Source: Octopus sinensis (lineage: Eukaryota). Taken from it: a stretch of 64,000 nucleotides of DNA. Positions 26,331-40,300 of this stretch are shown piece after piece. The stretch's first letter is position 1. The number at the start of each line of letters is the position of its first letter. The notes under the pieces were generated by a model that was not told where the DNA came from, made no database searches, and was given only the letters and a program-made list of their open reading frames with translations. The stretch spans positions 106,578,001 to 106,642,000 of the forward strand of contig NC_042999.1 of the NCBI RefSeq assembly GCF_006345805.1. The letters are read 5' to 3'. A program made the position numbers and the translations under genes.

Positions 26331-28524
26331 ATATATATATTATATACATACACACTCACACACACACGCACGCACACATGATGTGGTATTTCACAGTGCG
26401 CTTCTTTATATCAAAGGTAATTTAGATGTTTCAGAATTAGAAATTGAAAAAATAAGTACTACATTAAGGTAAGTGCGATTGTGAGCATGTTCGTCTAAGC
26501 CTCTTAAAAGTGTTGTCCCTGCATGGCCGCAGTCCATCGACTGCAACCAATGAAAAGAAAAAGAAATCACATATTTGTTACGTATTAAATTCCACATCTA
26601 TCTGTTCAGAGCAACTAATTATTTTGTTAGGCTTTTGTTATGATGTACCATTTTATTGTTGCTTTGTCATTTAAAATAATAGGACCACTGGAGGAACATG
26701 CACATGTTAATGAATCTATAAATATGATTTTATGTTTCTCTTGATGTTTCCAGTCTCCTAATTTAACCTTTCTTTTATTTCTTGTATGTATTCTTCTTTC
26801 CCTTGCTGTATCACCTTCATTTTCAATTTATCATTTCTCCCTGTGTTTCTCTGACTCTCTATTCCCTTCTCTCTCTTTTTCATCTATTTTCTCTCTGCCT
26901 TCACTATTCTAGATTCTCTACATTTATCTTCTTTCTATTTTCCTACCATTATTCTAACTGGCTTCTCCTCTTTCGCATATTATTCATCTTCTTTACTACT
27001 GTCTCTTCCAGACCATCTGACACTCTTTTCCATTCTTTCCTTTTACACTATCAGCTCTACTTCATTACCTATATCATCATCATCATCGCAGTTGTTGCCA
27101 TCATCATCATCATTATAATCAGCAACCGCAGCAGCAACAGTAGCTGCCGTAGTAGCGGCAAAGACAGCATTATCATCACCATACCATCACTACCACCTTA
27201 TTCTTGTGGTGTTTTTATGTCTGTCTGTCTATCTATTTCTTTATCTCCATCTATTTTTATCTCTTTGTATCTCTCTACATGTTTCCATTTTATGCACACA
27301 TAACTGACTAACCTGTGAATGGCAGTTGGTATATTCATGTCTTCCTACTCATCCTTCCGCTTTTTACCTCGTTATTTGCCAACATTAATTTTGCCAGTCT
27401 GCAGATTCCATATAAAACCTATAGTTTTGAAAGAAAGCAGGAAACTAACCAGTTCTTTGACATAACGACAAGACTATAATCCGATAGATAATACTAAATC
27501 ATCATACAACAGATAAACATCATGTCCAATAATGTCATGTATAATTTAACCAACGACGTTATATTTAGCTTAATAATGCTTTCAGAATTATACACAGTAA
27601 GAAATACACGGTAGCGGTACTCATTCTTTCTCCATAAGAATTACTGCAATAACTAAAAACTATTAGGATTTTAATAATAAATGAAAAGTAGGTCGTAGAT
27701 GCGAGTTGATAAGAACTTACGAACGCAACCATAAAATAAGATCTAATGGATTAATTCCTAAATCACAGTAGCTTCTGCTGTTGTTGCTGCTGCTGTTGGA
27801 GAGGGTGGTGACTTAATCTTCTGATCAACTCTAATTGAGCAGATCAATGCATTCCAGCTGAACCAATCTTGTCCTTTTAGAGGCATTTAAGACTTTATTA
27901 TATTTTTGATCCTATATTTCGCAAGACGCTAGAGTGCAATTTATAAGACATTTGGCAGCTATTTATAGTCAACCGAGTAACTACGTAGATCATTCTTGAG
28001 CCAAGGTTGGAAGAAAAGCAAATATTACCACAAACTGTTATGCATAAACATGTCAGCCATTGTGAATTGTCTTCCTTGCACAATGCATAATAAACTTTGA
28101 CGTTTGCTCTCTTTTCAAACCTCCACAACTACTAGTCATCTACTTGCATCCTAAACACCTTATTCAACCATACACAAACACTTTGAAGAAAGACAACGTA
28201 ACATTCTTTAGTAATATTGATCAAATGTTATCTTTTACGACAGTTCTAAGATTCGGTCACTACGCACCCTTACCATCAACATGAATAGTGCTCAACGTGA
28301 TCCCTCATGATTGTTATAAAAGCTAGGGCTTCAGTCAACATCATGAAGATCTCTCCTGTTGAACTCATATACCAACGCATATCCCAACAATTCCAATAGA
28401 CTTTGTGGCTATTTGAAATAGCTCAAGCAACAATGTAGAGGTTCCTGCACCAAGTATCTGGACATGTTGTTTATCAATATGTAACTGTTTAGTACTGTGT
28501 ATATTATTATATTATTGTTTTTAC

Positions 28525-29490
28525 ATTGAAGGGTTGGTTGTTTTCCTGAGTTCTTTACAGACTTTGAACAGGGGAGTGGTGGACAGTTGAATGACATTTT
28601 GTGGTAGCTTGTTCCACGGAGCTGCAATACGAACAGAGAGTGCGACCTTCCGCCTCTTGAGTCGAAAGTGTCGGGAATAGAGTTTGCGATCATGCCAACG
28701 AAGACCCCTATCCAACGCAGTGGTGAAAAACTCCGCAAATGGTAGGTTTACATTCCTAGTGAAGATGTTGAAAGCCAGGATGAGATCTCCCCGCATCCTC
28801 CATCATTCGAATGAAGGTAATGCCAACCGTTGGAGACGTTCCTCATACGTAAGCTTAGACAAACCCGCGACCATTCGGGTGCTAAACGCTGAACTCGTTC
28901 CAGTGCTAAATGTCTTTCTGGGGATATGAATTTGAGGCCTGGATGTAATATTCGAGGATGGGTCGAACTAGAGTGACGTATAAAGGCCGAAAGGTGTCCG
29001 TTGAAAAGTTGAAAAAGGACCGGTTTATTCTGGCTTTGTTCACCGCCTCGATACATTGCCATGTTGGCTTGAAAGTGGTATCGATCATTATGCCGAGATC
29101 CTTTTCTTCAGTGACTATCTTAAGATGTCGGTGTTTGAGGCCAATAGTCAAGGGAGAGTTTGGAGGTGAACCTATTGGCAAATGGCTGTATTTTGAGGCG
29201 TTCAATAGCTGATCCCATTCTTCCGCCCAATTCCAAGCTCGATTCAGCGACGATTGGAGTATGTCGTATTGATTCCTAGGCGAGACAAGTTTGACGTCCT
29301 ATGCAAATAGGAGAACTCTTCCATCAAGAAAATCTAGCAGGGGTCGTTGATAAAGAGAAGGAAAAGTATTGGCCCAAGCATTGACCCTTGGGGAACGCCG
29401 CTGCAGGCATTCGTCTCCGCGGAGAGATAACCATTTATCTGCACCCGAAAGGTTCGATGGCTCAGGAAGGAAGAAATCCACGAAGTCACC
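28525..29490 (-). mobile_element. CR1-group LINE reverse transcriptase, 5'-truncated pseudogene
   Basis: WISSFLSHRTFRVQING...SGVPQGSMLGPILFLLFIND, FA*DVKL (decayed YADD), EEKDLGIMID, LYVTLVRPILEY, LERVQR, RGDLILAFNIF and WNKLP. Confidence 0.95.
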
Positions 29491-30448
29491 AATATGTCCA
29501 TATTTATGCAAGTGAGTGTGTGTGTGTGTGTGTGCGTGTATGCACCCGCGTGTGTATCTATGTCTGTGTGTTCATACGCATTTATGTGTAACTGCATCGA
29601 CAATTTATTTACAAATACCAAGATTTTAAAATACTATATCAAATTATACTTGCAAAAGTTTCAAACTTAGAAAAGTTACTTTTGCGAATCAGATATGAGA
29701 GTAACAAAGCCACATTGTCTGAGAGTGACTAATCTACGAGTTTCTAAATGCCGAGTTCAATTCCATTTCAGTTATTGTATAGTGAATTTATTCAAAATAT
29801 TTAATTCTACTAGGGGCGTATCCTGGTGGCAGTTACTGTGAGGGAGTTGTTTCATGAATTTTTAATCGAAGTGTAAGAATAAAAATGCACAGAATATGTA
29901 TATTCTTTTATACTTATTAAAACAATCTTAAATTTTTTCGTCATAGGCAGTCATATAAAGTGTCAGTTTATCCTTTGAAATAATTTAATTCTATACATTT
30001 CAATTTACCTGCTTCTAAAATAGTTTCCAAGATATAGAGAGCAATGTTCTGTTTATATTTCATGCATATAACTCTGATCGTTTTGTTAATAATAAAGAGA
30101 GCACGAGGACTTACAATTATATAGATATACACACCCTCAAGCTAAGATTAATTCATCAGCATATTTGAATTAAAGAGAATTAAGTCTTCTCTAATTACTT
30201 TATGACTTCAGGCACCAGCAAACCAATGTTTTTCAGTTTCCAATGTGATACATCGTTTAAGAAAATATTTATTTAACCTTCTTGATAAATATATATGGTC
30301 AAAATCTCATGATACTCTGAAATATTGAACATGGGAGTTCAATCCATGGATTGTTAATCGAACACGATTGCGAACAACAAGCCAATTAAACATTTGGCTC
30401 TGAAACACTAAAATTCATAATAAAGATCAATTCTCTTTTTTAACTCAG

Positions 30449-30492
30449 CCATAATGAAAACAACAACGTATTTATAGTATTTGTCACACCAC
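30449..30492 (+). CDS. Candidate exon xHNENNNVFIVFVTP, phase 2 to 1
   Basis: Acceptor 'ttctcttttttaactcag', donor 'CAC/gtatgt'; single open frame; phase-compatible with 31960. Confidence 0.3.
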
Positions 30493-31959
30493 GTATGTAA
30501 ATGTTACACTCGAGAGGTATTGAGAATATCTCATTAAATAAGGCATCGGCGTCGATATCATACACGACGTAATTGTAATGTAAATGCAAAACATGACTAA
30601 CTTTGAAATTTCGAAAGATTCGTGATAGAATGTAATCAATTAAGAACTTTGCCAAAGAATATGGTAGTGAACATCAATGAAAATATATGTACTTCTATAA
30701 ACATATTTAATCTCCTAACAGCGTTGTAATTAGCGTTTTACGTACACTATTTAGAAAGTTTGCTTGAAATTATAGGACTGCTGATTTATTTTACAATGCT
30801 TCATGTTCAATGTGAAAACTTATTCACCATTTACGCAAGTTCATCTAAAAATTAAATCAGACGCAAAATTCGGTATTGTTTAGTGAATCAGATAATGAAG
30901 TACAATATTTGATTTTTCCTTGCTTTAAGGAAATTTATTGCTAAAGAGCTGAATGCTACTATTCAAAATTCTATAGAGAAAGTAGTAACTTATGTTATTA
31001 ATGTAACGTTTGTATCAAATGGTACATATATTTAGTGGTGTGACCGAGTTTGAACTTATGACATTCACATCACTAAACCAGTACTTTTACCAATTGATTA
31101 GTGTAGTTCATTAAACAAGATATTAATATCAATGAAACTAAGACGTCAGATAAGGAATAACATTTTTATTGATTGCTTTTAAATTATAAAAGAATGTTAA
31201 TTTTTGTAATCTTTGCATGATTTTTTTGTAATCTTTACATGATTATCTTTTTTATCATCTCTTTCACTTGATAAATGATGTTTTGAATAATGAGATCTCA
31301 AGTTAACTTTGAGTTTTACTATCATACACAGTCAGAGGATAATCAATCTGTCGCCAAACAAAGATCTACACTTCTCCAAAAGTAGTAACAACATTTATAA
31401 TTTAGTAATATTAATCATGCAACGATGCCTTTATCATATATTTTAACAAATATTTATTAATGTGCTTTGAATAGTACGGTTTTAAATATTAACTATAAAA
31501 TTAAACAATATCCTGCACGCAAAACGAAATCTTCTCGAGAAATAAGTATTACACCAACAACTACCTAAAACGAAAATACCATATTCTCTTACATTTATAA
31601 TAAAACCGATAGTGTGCAAGACGTATTTAAATAGAAAGGGGAAAATAAGCATAGTTTTAGCGAGTTAATAACGAGTATTTACAATAGCTTCACCAAGATG
31701 TATTTTTAATATATCATTTCTAAACATGTCATTAATCATTTTTTTAATATATACGAACAAAATCAATAGGAAAAATATTAACATTGTCTAATATTACAAT
31801 ATTCAAGCTTCGTTAAAAACTAAACGTGTGACATAATAATCTTTCTTGGGTTACATCATGACTGTATCATTTGTTCATTTTATTTTCCTGACCTACTTGC
31901 AGTTACTTCTCACTACAAAATATACTAGTTGTCAGTTTTACTTAGACTTCTATAACCAG

Positions 31960-32029
31960 ATGTCAACTACACTCTGTCAAAAGATATCATACAAGACTTG
32001 TACTTTCTCAAAGAACTAAGACCTCGAAA
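31960..32029 (+). CDS. Candidate exon xVNYTLSKDIIQDLYFLKELRPR, phase 1 to 2
   Basis: Acceptor 'cttagacttctataaccag', donor 'GAAA/gtatat'. The peptide is protein-like and 'YFLKELRP' loosely resembles FN3 strand E (Y.L..L.P). Confidence 0.35.
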
Positions 32030-32191
32030 GTATATTCCAGTTGAAATATGGCAACATATTCTTTTCCAACAATACAAATCACATCCAAAAGAAATGTCAA
32101 AGAAGCAAAACTGCTTCCAACTTACAAAGAAAACATAGATTAAAAACAACATCCATACTTGCTATTCCATTTAATCTCAGAATCTTAAGTT

Positions 32192-32238
<47 letters not shown>

Positions 32239-32240
<2 letters not shown>

Positions 32241-32985
32241 CAAAATCAAGGAACGGCCATAATAGGCCATTCACCCACTAGAAATAACAGCCAAAGCTTC
32301 AACCGCAAAACAACATTAATTCCGCAAACCAGGAGAAAATTTAAAAAACATTTACCCTGTAGTTCCTTATACGATGCACCGTTTCATCTATTGTTTAATG
32401 GTAGACTAACCTGATTAAATTAAATCAAGCTAGTCTTCCATAGGCCGATAGATTCGTCAGTAAAGAACAGCGAGATCGGAGCAGATATTTATACGAGGCA
32501 CTTCTATCACTGTCTCGGCAATATCTGACCTAAAATTTTCAAATCATCGCACTCACGCCAAATTTATCGGCAGCAAATATAAGCCGCCGATTCCATTACG
32601 GAATTAACCAGAAAATTCATAATTAATCAATATAGGCGGCTTATATTTGCTGCCGATAAATTTGGCGCGAGTGCGATGATTTGAAAATTTTAGGTCAGAT
32701 ATTGCCGAGACAGTGATAGAAGTGCCTCGTGTAAATATCTGCTCCGATCTGGCTGTTCTTTACTGACGAATCTATCGGCCTATGGAAGACTAGCTTGATT
32801 TAATTTAATCAGGTTAGTTTACCATTAAACAATAGATGAAACGGTGCATCGTATAAGGAACTACAGGGTAAATGTTTTTTTTAATTTTCTCCTGGTTTGC
32901 GGAATTAATGTTGTTTTGCGGTTGAAGCTTTGGCTGTTATTTCTAGTGGGTGAATGGCCTATTATGGCCGTTCCTTGATTTTGCT
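32239..32985. repeat. Near-perfect palindrome: 350-bp arms (32239-32588 and 32635-32985), 46-bp spacer
   Basis: The arms are reverse complements with only a handful of substitutions/indels seen by eye. Confidence 0.97.
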
Positions 32986-33084
32986 GTTGAATTTATAAAT
33001 GGTCTATGACTATTTAAGTTTTTCCCACTAGGCCGCTGGTGGCAAAAGAATTCTACGAAATTTTTTGCCACCCTATATTGATTA

Positions 33085-33303
<219 letters not shown>

Positions 33304-33515
33304 GCGGACTTTAAGTCATATTTCAACTTATAGTTCCAAATTGTAATTATTATGGATTAAGCCACTTTAATGAAAGATTAGGCATATTGCTAATATAAAG
33401 AGCTGAAGAGTAATGTTTTCACAGGTGAAATAATATGCACACTTTTAGGAAACTATTCATAAAACAGATTTTTCGCATGCGCGTTTGTATGCGTCTGTGT
33501 ATATGTGTGAGAGAG

Positions 33516-33670
33516 AGGGAGTGCATAGCCTAGTGGTTAGAGTGTTGCACTCACAATTGCGAGATCGTGGTTTCATAGACCTGGTGCTGCTTTGTGTTTA
33601 TGAACCAAACACTGCAACTCACGACGCTCTACGATCACTTCGACACTTAATGTGTAGTACACCCGCATCT
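33516..33670 (+). mobile_element. Degraded tRNA-derived SINE head
   Basis: A-box 'TAGCCTAGTGG', then 'ttagagtgttgcactcacaattgcgagatcgtggtttc'. Confidence 0.7.
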
Positions 33671-33689
33671 ATCATGTATATGTGCATGC

Positions 33690-33724
<35 letters not shown>

Positions 33725-33964
33725 GTATAACATATTATGATTCCGGTTAACCCATAGCAGATTAATAACAAGTTGTTATAACCCAACAGCTTTACATTTC
33801 ACACTACATCAGCGAGTTAGTACAATGCGTTATATTAAGTTGTATAAGTACTTAAATTAAGTAATACATAACTCATGTCCTATTGTCATTCATTTATTGA
33901 TATAGATATGTGTGATTAATACACACACACTCCCATTTATATATATATATATATAATATATATA

Positions 33965-34010
<46 letters not shown>

Positions 34011-34020
34011 ACTTTAAGTC

Positions 34021-34319
34021 ATATTTCAACTTCTAAAGACAAATTCACTGTAGCTACCGTGGAGAAAATAATTTTCTATTATGGTAAAAGGGTGTAGAAT
34101 CAGCATATCTGTCCCATACTGCCCGCTCTCGGATTCCCAGACACGTTTCTATACCTCTTTTCGGTATTCCCCATTGAAAACGCTAAAGAGCTGAAAAAAC
34201 GTCTGGAATCCGACAGAAGGAAGCACTGAGCAGATATGGTGTTTTTATACCGTTTACCATAAGAGATAACATTTTCTCCACGATAACTGCAGTTAATTTG
34301 CCTTTAGAAATTGAAATAT
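34021..34319. repeat. Foldback/MITE-like inverted repeat, arms about 122 bp, spacer about 58 bp
   Basis: The reverse complement of 34021-34142 matches 34201-34319 ('gtctgg.aatccga...cagatatg.tg...tttaccata..aga.aa..attttctccacg.ta.ct.cagt.aatttg.ctttagaa.ttgaaatat'). Confidence 0.85.
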
Positions 34320-34380
34320 ATCGCAGACATATTTCAACTAAACTAACCTTAAGTTCGCTACGCCGAAACACTGCTACTAC

Positions 34381-34440
<60 letters not shown>

Positions 34441-34849
34441 CAAAGAAATTCCAACTCTGTTTTTTATGTTTTATTTATATTCTTTATAATATTAATGTAG
34501 AATATAGAATATATAGTATAAATAATATATATATAGTAACATGAAATGAGGTATTGGTTGTCTTATTGAAAAGATGAAATATTGAATATAAAATATTAAC
34601 ACACACATATATGTGTATGTATATATATATATAAATACATATATATATACAAATATATATATACATACATATATATATGCATACATACATATATATATAC
34701 ATATATATATATATACATACATATATATATATATATAATACATGCATACATATATACATACATATATATACACATGGTGCTATTAAGTTAGAAATGGACT
34801 GGGCCTATACTGGCCGAAACCTATCTAAGTTATCTAAGTTATCTCTCTA

Positions 34850-34913
<64 letters not shown>

Positions 34914-35124
34914 TATATTGTATTATATTATATTATATCAAATTATATTATATTATATTATATTATATTATATTATATTATATTATATTATATTATATTC
35001 CTTAGGGACGTTTTAGAGTACAGTATATAGCTCTTCCCCCTTCAGAATAAATCAGTGTTATAGGTAGCACTATTATATACTTTGAACCCTAAAATTGTGC
35101 ATTCGATGTGTGTGAATATAAAAC

Positions 35125-35723
35125 TGAGGAGATTGGAGTCAAGAAGTGGGAGTACGTTTGGACATTTGTTCATTATTCACTACAGTTGTTTTGACACACC
35201 GCAGTTCTCCAAGATTACAAGTATTTTATTATGCAGCTGTTTGTTTGCATAATGATATCTAGTTGTGTTTCCTCGGGCGATATACAAGTGTTGGTTCCGT
35301 TAGTTTAAAGTTTTCATCTTGAGAGCCACCCTTTTTGTATTAGTTTTAATTTGGTTGTGGTTGAAATCTTCATGGTGCGAGCTGTGAGAACGTGTTTGTC
35401 CGACTACTACTTCCATAGTATTTGGACAAAACTACATAGTAGTCGGACAAACACGCTCTCACAGCTTGCACCAAGTGGATTTCAGCCACAAACAAATTAA
35501 TACTACTACAAACAGGGTGGATAGCCTTGAAGTAGAAGATTTTAAATTAGGGACACAACACTTGTATATCGCCTGAGAAAACACAACTAGATCTCATTAT
35601 GCAAACAAACAGTTGTATAATCAAATACCCGTATTCTTTTAGAACTACGTTGTGTCGAAACAATTGTAGCGAATAATGAACAAATGTGCAAACGTACTCC
35701 CTCTTCTTGACTCTCACCTCTTC
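35125..35723. repeat. Diverged palindrome, arms about 285 bp, spacer about 27 bp, with Penelope-end-like outer sequence
   Basis: 'ggagtcaagaagtgggagtacgtttggacatttgttcattattc...gtttgtccgactacta' versus 'tagtagtcggacaaac...gaataatgaacaaatgtgcaaacgtactccctcttcttgactc'. Confidence 0.9.
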
Positions 35724-36520
35724 AATTATATATATTATATCAAATTATATATAATACGTTAACTTTCTAGAAAGCACGATTTCATGATGAATATAATCAA
35801 CAATTTTTCAACCAGAATTCCAAATGAGTATCAACATTTCACCAACTAAAGTGGCAGAGTGTCACTTACGATTTACCCGTATCTTAATTATAATTCAGTT
35901 TAATTCCAATTATGATTTACTGCTATCTTATTTATAATTCAGAAGTATCCTATTTGTGATTTAATTTTATTCCATTTATGATTCATTGTCGTGTTTATCT
36001 TAATTAAAATTTAGCGTTATTTATTTGCATGGCACGTCACTCTCGAGTGCTACAGATAACATGTAACATATTGCATGGTCTGGTCGTCGGAGATTAACCG
36101 GCAGTCCCACCAATCTTGCTTGTTGAGGTGGATGATTTGAACACCCTATGGGATGAAAAACCCGCTAGGCAAAAGAACTCGTAAGAGTCAACGGTCATCC
36201 TATAGTGTGTATATAGAGGAGTTAACCTCGATGACTAAAAATCCATGAGCTAGTCTCACGGGGAGAAGCATGGTGGGTGTGAAGTTGGGCATATTGATCT
36301 TCATTCGACGTGTGATCGTTATTCAATGGAACAACACAACACAGGCTACGCGGAAGAGCTTCTCCAGTCAACGAATAGTCTAGGGCCGACCAATCCAGTT
36401 AGCGGATTACTGCCACTCGATAGAACTGGCGATTCATCGACTCACGTTAACTACTTAAAAACACTATGGCGATCTGTAACCTCATAGCTTCATCAACTGA
36501 AGTTGGCTGACTAGTACTTG

Positions 36521-36569
36521 TAGCAGCAGCAGCAACAGCTGCAGTAGTAGTAGTATAAGTAGTGGTATT

Positions 36570-36607
<38 letters not shown>

Positions 36608-36644
36608 TAGCAGTAGCGGTAGTAGTAGTAGTAGTAGTAGTAGT

Positions 36645-36730
<86 letters not shown>
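36521..36730. repeat. (GTA)n/(GCA)n trinucleotide array
   Basis: Directly visible; explains the poly-V/A ORF. Confidence 0.97.
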
Positions 36731-36731
<1 letters not shown>

Positions 36732-37084
36732 TACAATTTATTTCTATCTTATCTAGTATTCACGTTGAGGCAGATGAAAGTGTACCGTAACTGGCAATAA
36801 AATTCTAGGGAAAGCCGTAGATTCATTGGTTTTTCATATATATTTTAGACGACCATATTCTAAAATAATAATATTATAGCTAGAGCTAGAGGGATAGTTG
36901 AATAATTGGATACGATTCAAAACAACATGTCACATACCTCATATTTACATATATACGATTTTTAACGTTCTTTTAGGCATTTGTTTGGCTAACCAGTTTG
37001 CATAGTCTTCTTTCTATACAGGAGTTCACGATATTTAAGAATGAAATGCTTGCAACAATATTTGCAGTGTTTTCATGATAAGTG

Positions 37085-37379
37085 ATTGTGTGCGGTTCTT
37101 CAGCCGCTTAATGTCAATCACTATGAGGAACGGCACAACACACACAAACACACATACATTCATACATACATCTCTTAAGCACCACCAGCTCAAATATTGT
37201 CTCCTCTGTCTTCCCTCCTTGGGATCTTTCCTTCTCCTTGTTTCCGACGAAGAGCTCCGCTCGAAACGTTAAACCCTCCTTCCCTTCTTTCCTGAGCGTC
37301 AATAATACTTTAATTGTTCCACGTCCTGCGTTGCTGTGTTTTTTTTTCTCTATTTTTCTGTGTTTTCTTGTTTGGATTA

Positions 37380-37382
<3 letters not shown>
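37085..37382 (+). mobile_element. Penelope-type terminal (pseudo-LTR-like) fragment containing a hammerhead-like motif
   Basis: 'ttccgacgaagagctccgctcgaaacgttaaaccctcc...ccacgtcctgcgttg...ttcttgtttggattaac' followed by (TA)n. This architecture is typical of PLE ends. Confidence 0.65.
37240..37274 (+). ncRNA. Minimal type I hammerhead ribozyme-like motif with a core variant (CCGACGA instead of CUGANGA)
   Basis: GUUU / CCGACGA-A / GAGC-UCC-GCUC (stem II) / GAAAC-GUU (palindromic stem III, NUH=GUU) / AAAC (pairs with GUUU). Confidence 0.5.
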
Positions 37383-37414
<32 letters not shown>

Positions 37415-38590
37415 CGTATGTGAATATTTTTCCTTCGTACCTATCTACCTACCAACCTACTTACCTATATACATACATGTAGATGTACACACACATGTAT
37501 TCATAAAAATCCACACAAGCATACACATTGTGTGTATGTGTATATATATGTGTGTGTAAGTATGTGTGTATGTACGTATATGAGCAAGCAAATCTAATTT
37601 TATACGTATTCATAAAAGCACATTCACACACAGACACAATCATACACGCACACACACACACACGCACACACACACATACAAACACACATACAGACATAGA
37701 TGCATGCAGAAATGTACTGCTTATATATTTAGGTTCTATTCATATACGAGTGCCAAAATTGTTACACAAGCAGTGACAATTAAGTGATATAACAACATGA
37801 AGTGTTTATTCATGTGAATTTCTACTTTCTTAACGATCCTATATGAAATTTTCTAAGCTTACTGTCTAAACTTGCTAAACTTGCTGTCACGAATCAACAG
37901 AGAAATGTGAGAGATTTTAGATAATACTAAGCGAACATTTGTTCTCTTCCTATTATCACTTTACTTTGTAATGAATAAATAGAATAACTATAAATAATAA
38001 ATAATTTGCCAGCAAATTGTGAACAGGAAGACACAATAAGTCATAGCTCTTTAATATGCTTACAACTGGAGCCAGTTGAAGTGGATTGGCAAAGATAAGA
38101 CATAAACATTCAAACATTTATCAATTCCATATCTGACGCAGCAGCAGAAGGAAAATAAATGAATAATAAAAAGGTAAAAACAGAGAAACGAAATGAATGG
38201 AGAACAAGAATACCCGAAGCTCTTATAAATGAGTGGATTAATAAAATAATTGAAATAAAATTTTAGCATGATGAAGTGTTAAGTAAACAATCTACTTACT
38301 CGTTTGTTAATTAGTAAGTTAGTTAATTAAAAGTTCTTAATCGAAATGTGGAGAGTTAATAAAGCAACTGTAAGTGTCCGATATACGCTTAAGGTGTAAA
38401 CCTAAAAATCAAGTGATAAAGAAATACAAAAACCTCTACAACTGTAGAAAACGCATTTTAGGTATTACGACACAAATGCTACATAGCGATACGACTAAGC
38501 TGTGAAAGATTAGGGGTGCTAGTTAAATAGGGTTAAGAGAAGGGGTGAAATGAAACGAAAACGAATTAGGAAAGAGTATGGATGTCACTT

Positions 38591-38867
38591 GTGGAGGCGC
38601 AATGGCCCAGTGGTTAGAGCAGCAGACTCGCGATCAGAGGATCGCGGTTTCGATTCCCAGACCGGGCGTTGTGTATGTTCATTGAGCGAAAACATCTAAA
38701 GCTTCACGAGGCTCCGGCAGGGGGTGGTGGCGACCCCTGTTGTACTCTTTCGCCCCAACTTTCTCTCACTCTCTCTTCCTGTTTCTTGGGTAACGCTGCG
38801 AAGGACTGGCGTCCCGTCCACCGGGCCCATGAGCCTGGCTAGGCTTGAAAACGGCGCATAAATAAAA
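38591..38867 (+). mobile_element. tRNA-derived SINE, family C, with a 13-bp target-site duplication
   Basis: A-box 'TGGCCCAGTGG', B-box 'GTTTCGATTCC', central 'gctgcgaaggactggcgtcccgtcca' (V/Meta-SINE-like core), tail 'ataaataaaa'. TSD ATGGATGTCACTT at 38578-38590 and 38868-38880. Confidence 0.92.
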
Positions 38868-40005
38868 ATGGATGTCACTTCAAGATAGATGGCAGAACAC
38901 TTGACAAAACTGTAATAACGGATACATGTGACGAAGTTTATGAAGCATGTGTACTTGCCTTGGTATTTTAGTGCCAGTAACTTCTCTCTTTTACTTGCTA
39001 TACTCCTACACTCCAAGTTTCCGTGTTTTGCAACTAGAGTTTATTAATTCGTTCTTTTCTTATCACCATTATTACCACTGTTATCATCATCATCTTCATC
39101 ACCATCCTCGTGGCAATGTTTCTTAATAGTCTTATTTGTATTAGTACTATATTGAGAGACGAGAATGAGAAGAGGGCACTTGTGCTAGTGATTAGGGTAG
39201 TTTCGTGGAGTTTCATAAGCAACCTTAGGAAGTCACACTCTATTTGAGCATTAATTATGGTTGGAATTTCAGCACGAGATAAGATGTGACATGATAGGCC
39301 TGTGAGATGTATTTCACATCTGCTCATAAGATTATGCACAACACATGTACAAGCATACTAAAAATAGAGTGTGAGCATTGTATCTACACTGGACTTGATA
39401 TTCTAGTTTCAATATATGTTACAAAATAGAGATAGATTTTGAGAACAGAGGTCAGAAAACGAGATGCATTTGGAAAGCATAGCATAAATTGTATGTCCTA
39501 ATGAGACGCAGAAATCACAGACATGTCGACCCAGGACATAATTATTATTTCAATGTTACCATTATGATTTAATTATTATTTCAATGCTACCCTTATGGTT
39601 TATGGCATATTGCAAAAGTCAGTTGTAAATTGGTTGACCTTTTTAGACAGCAGTGTTTAGAGGTCCGCTGTATCAACAGGGAATCATTCCGATCTATACC
39701 TCATCAGCTGATTATTTCAAATCTTTTGGCAAAACTTGTCTGCACCTCGTTACCTACAGAGCCATTATGCGCCAAAAAGCATCTTCCATACATTTTCACG
39801 GTGGATAACAGCTATATTCCGCCACCCCACTGGAATTAATAATTGTTTTGTCTTGTTAATAATATTTCTCAACCTAACGACTTAACAATGTGTTAAATGC
39901 TTTGTTCTACAGTTGCCTTCACATGCGTCGTATCTTTTTAATGTCTAGAGTCGTAATTGTAACGGCTCTATCGGTATATACTTGCAGAGAGAGAGAGAGG
40001 GTGGT

Positions 40006-40006
<1 letters not shown>

Positions 40007-40076
<70 letters not shown>

Positions 40077-40203
40077 TAGATAGATAGGTAGGTAGGTAGG
40101 TAGGTAGGTAGGTAGGTAGGTAGGTAGGTAGATAGATAGATAGGCAGACAGACAGACAGATGTCCATGCACACACATACATAAATACATACATAAATTAA
40201 TAC

Positions 40204-40252
<49 letters not shown>

Positions 40253-40300
40253 CATACATACATACATACATACATACATACATACATACATACATACATA
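40007..40300. repeat. Compound (AGAT)n(AGGT)n(AGAC)n(TA)n(TACA)n microsatellite
   Basis: Directly visible. Confidence 0.97.

Noticed and set aside
28409-29591. Plus-strand and alternative-frame ORFs over the CR1 fragment, and similar ORFs at 24362, 43263, 53967, 55312 and 55546
   Set aside because: Antisense or off-frame shadows of transposon coding sequence.
32740-32800. CTGACGA in the large palindrome as a hammerhead
   Set aside because: It is followed by GAAG rather than GAAA, with no convincing stems II/III.
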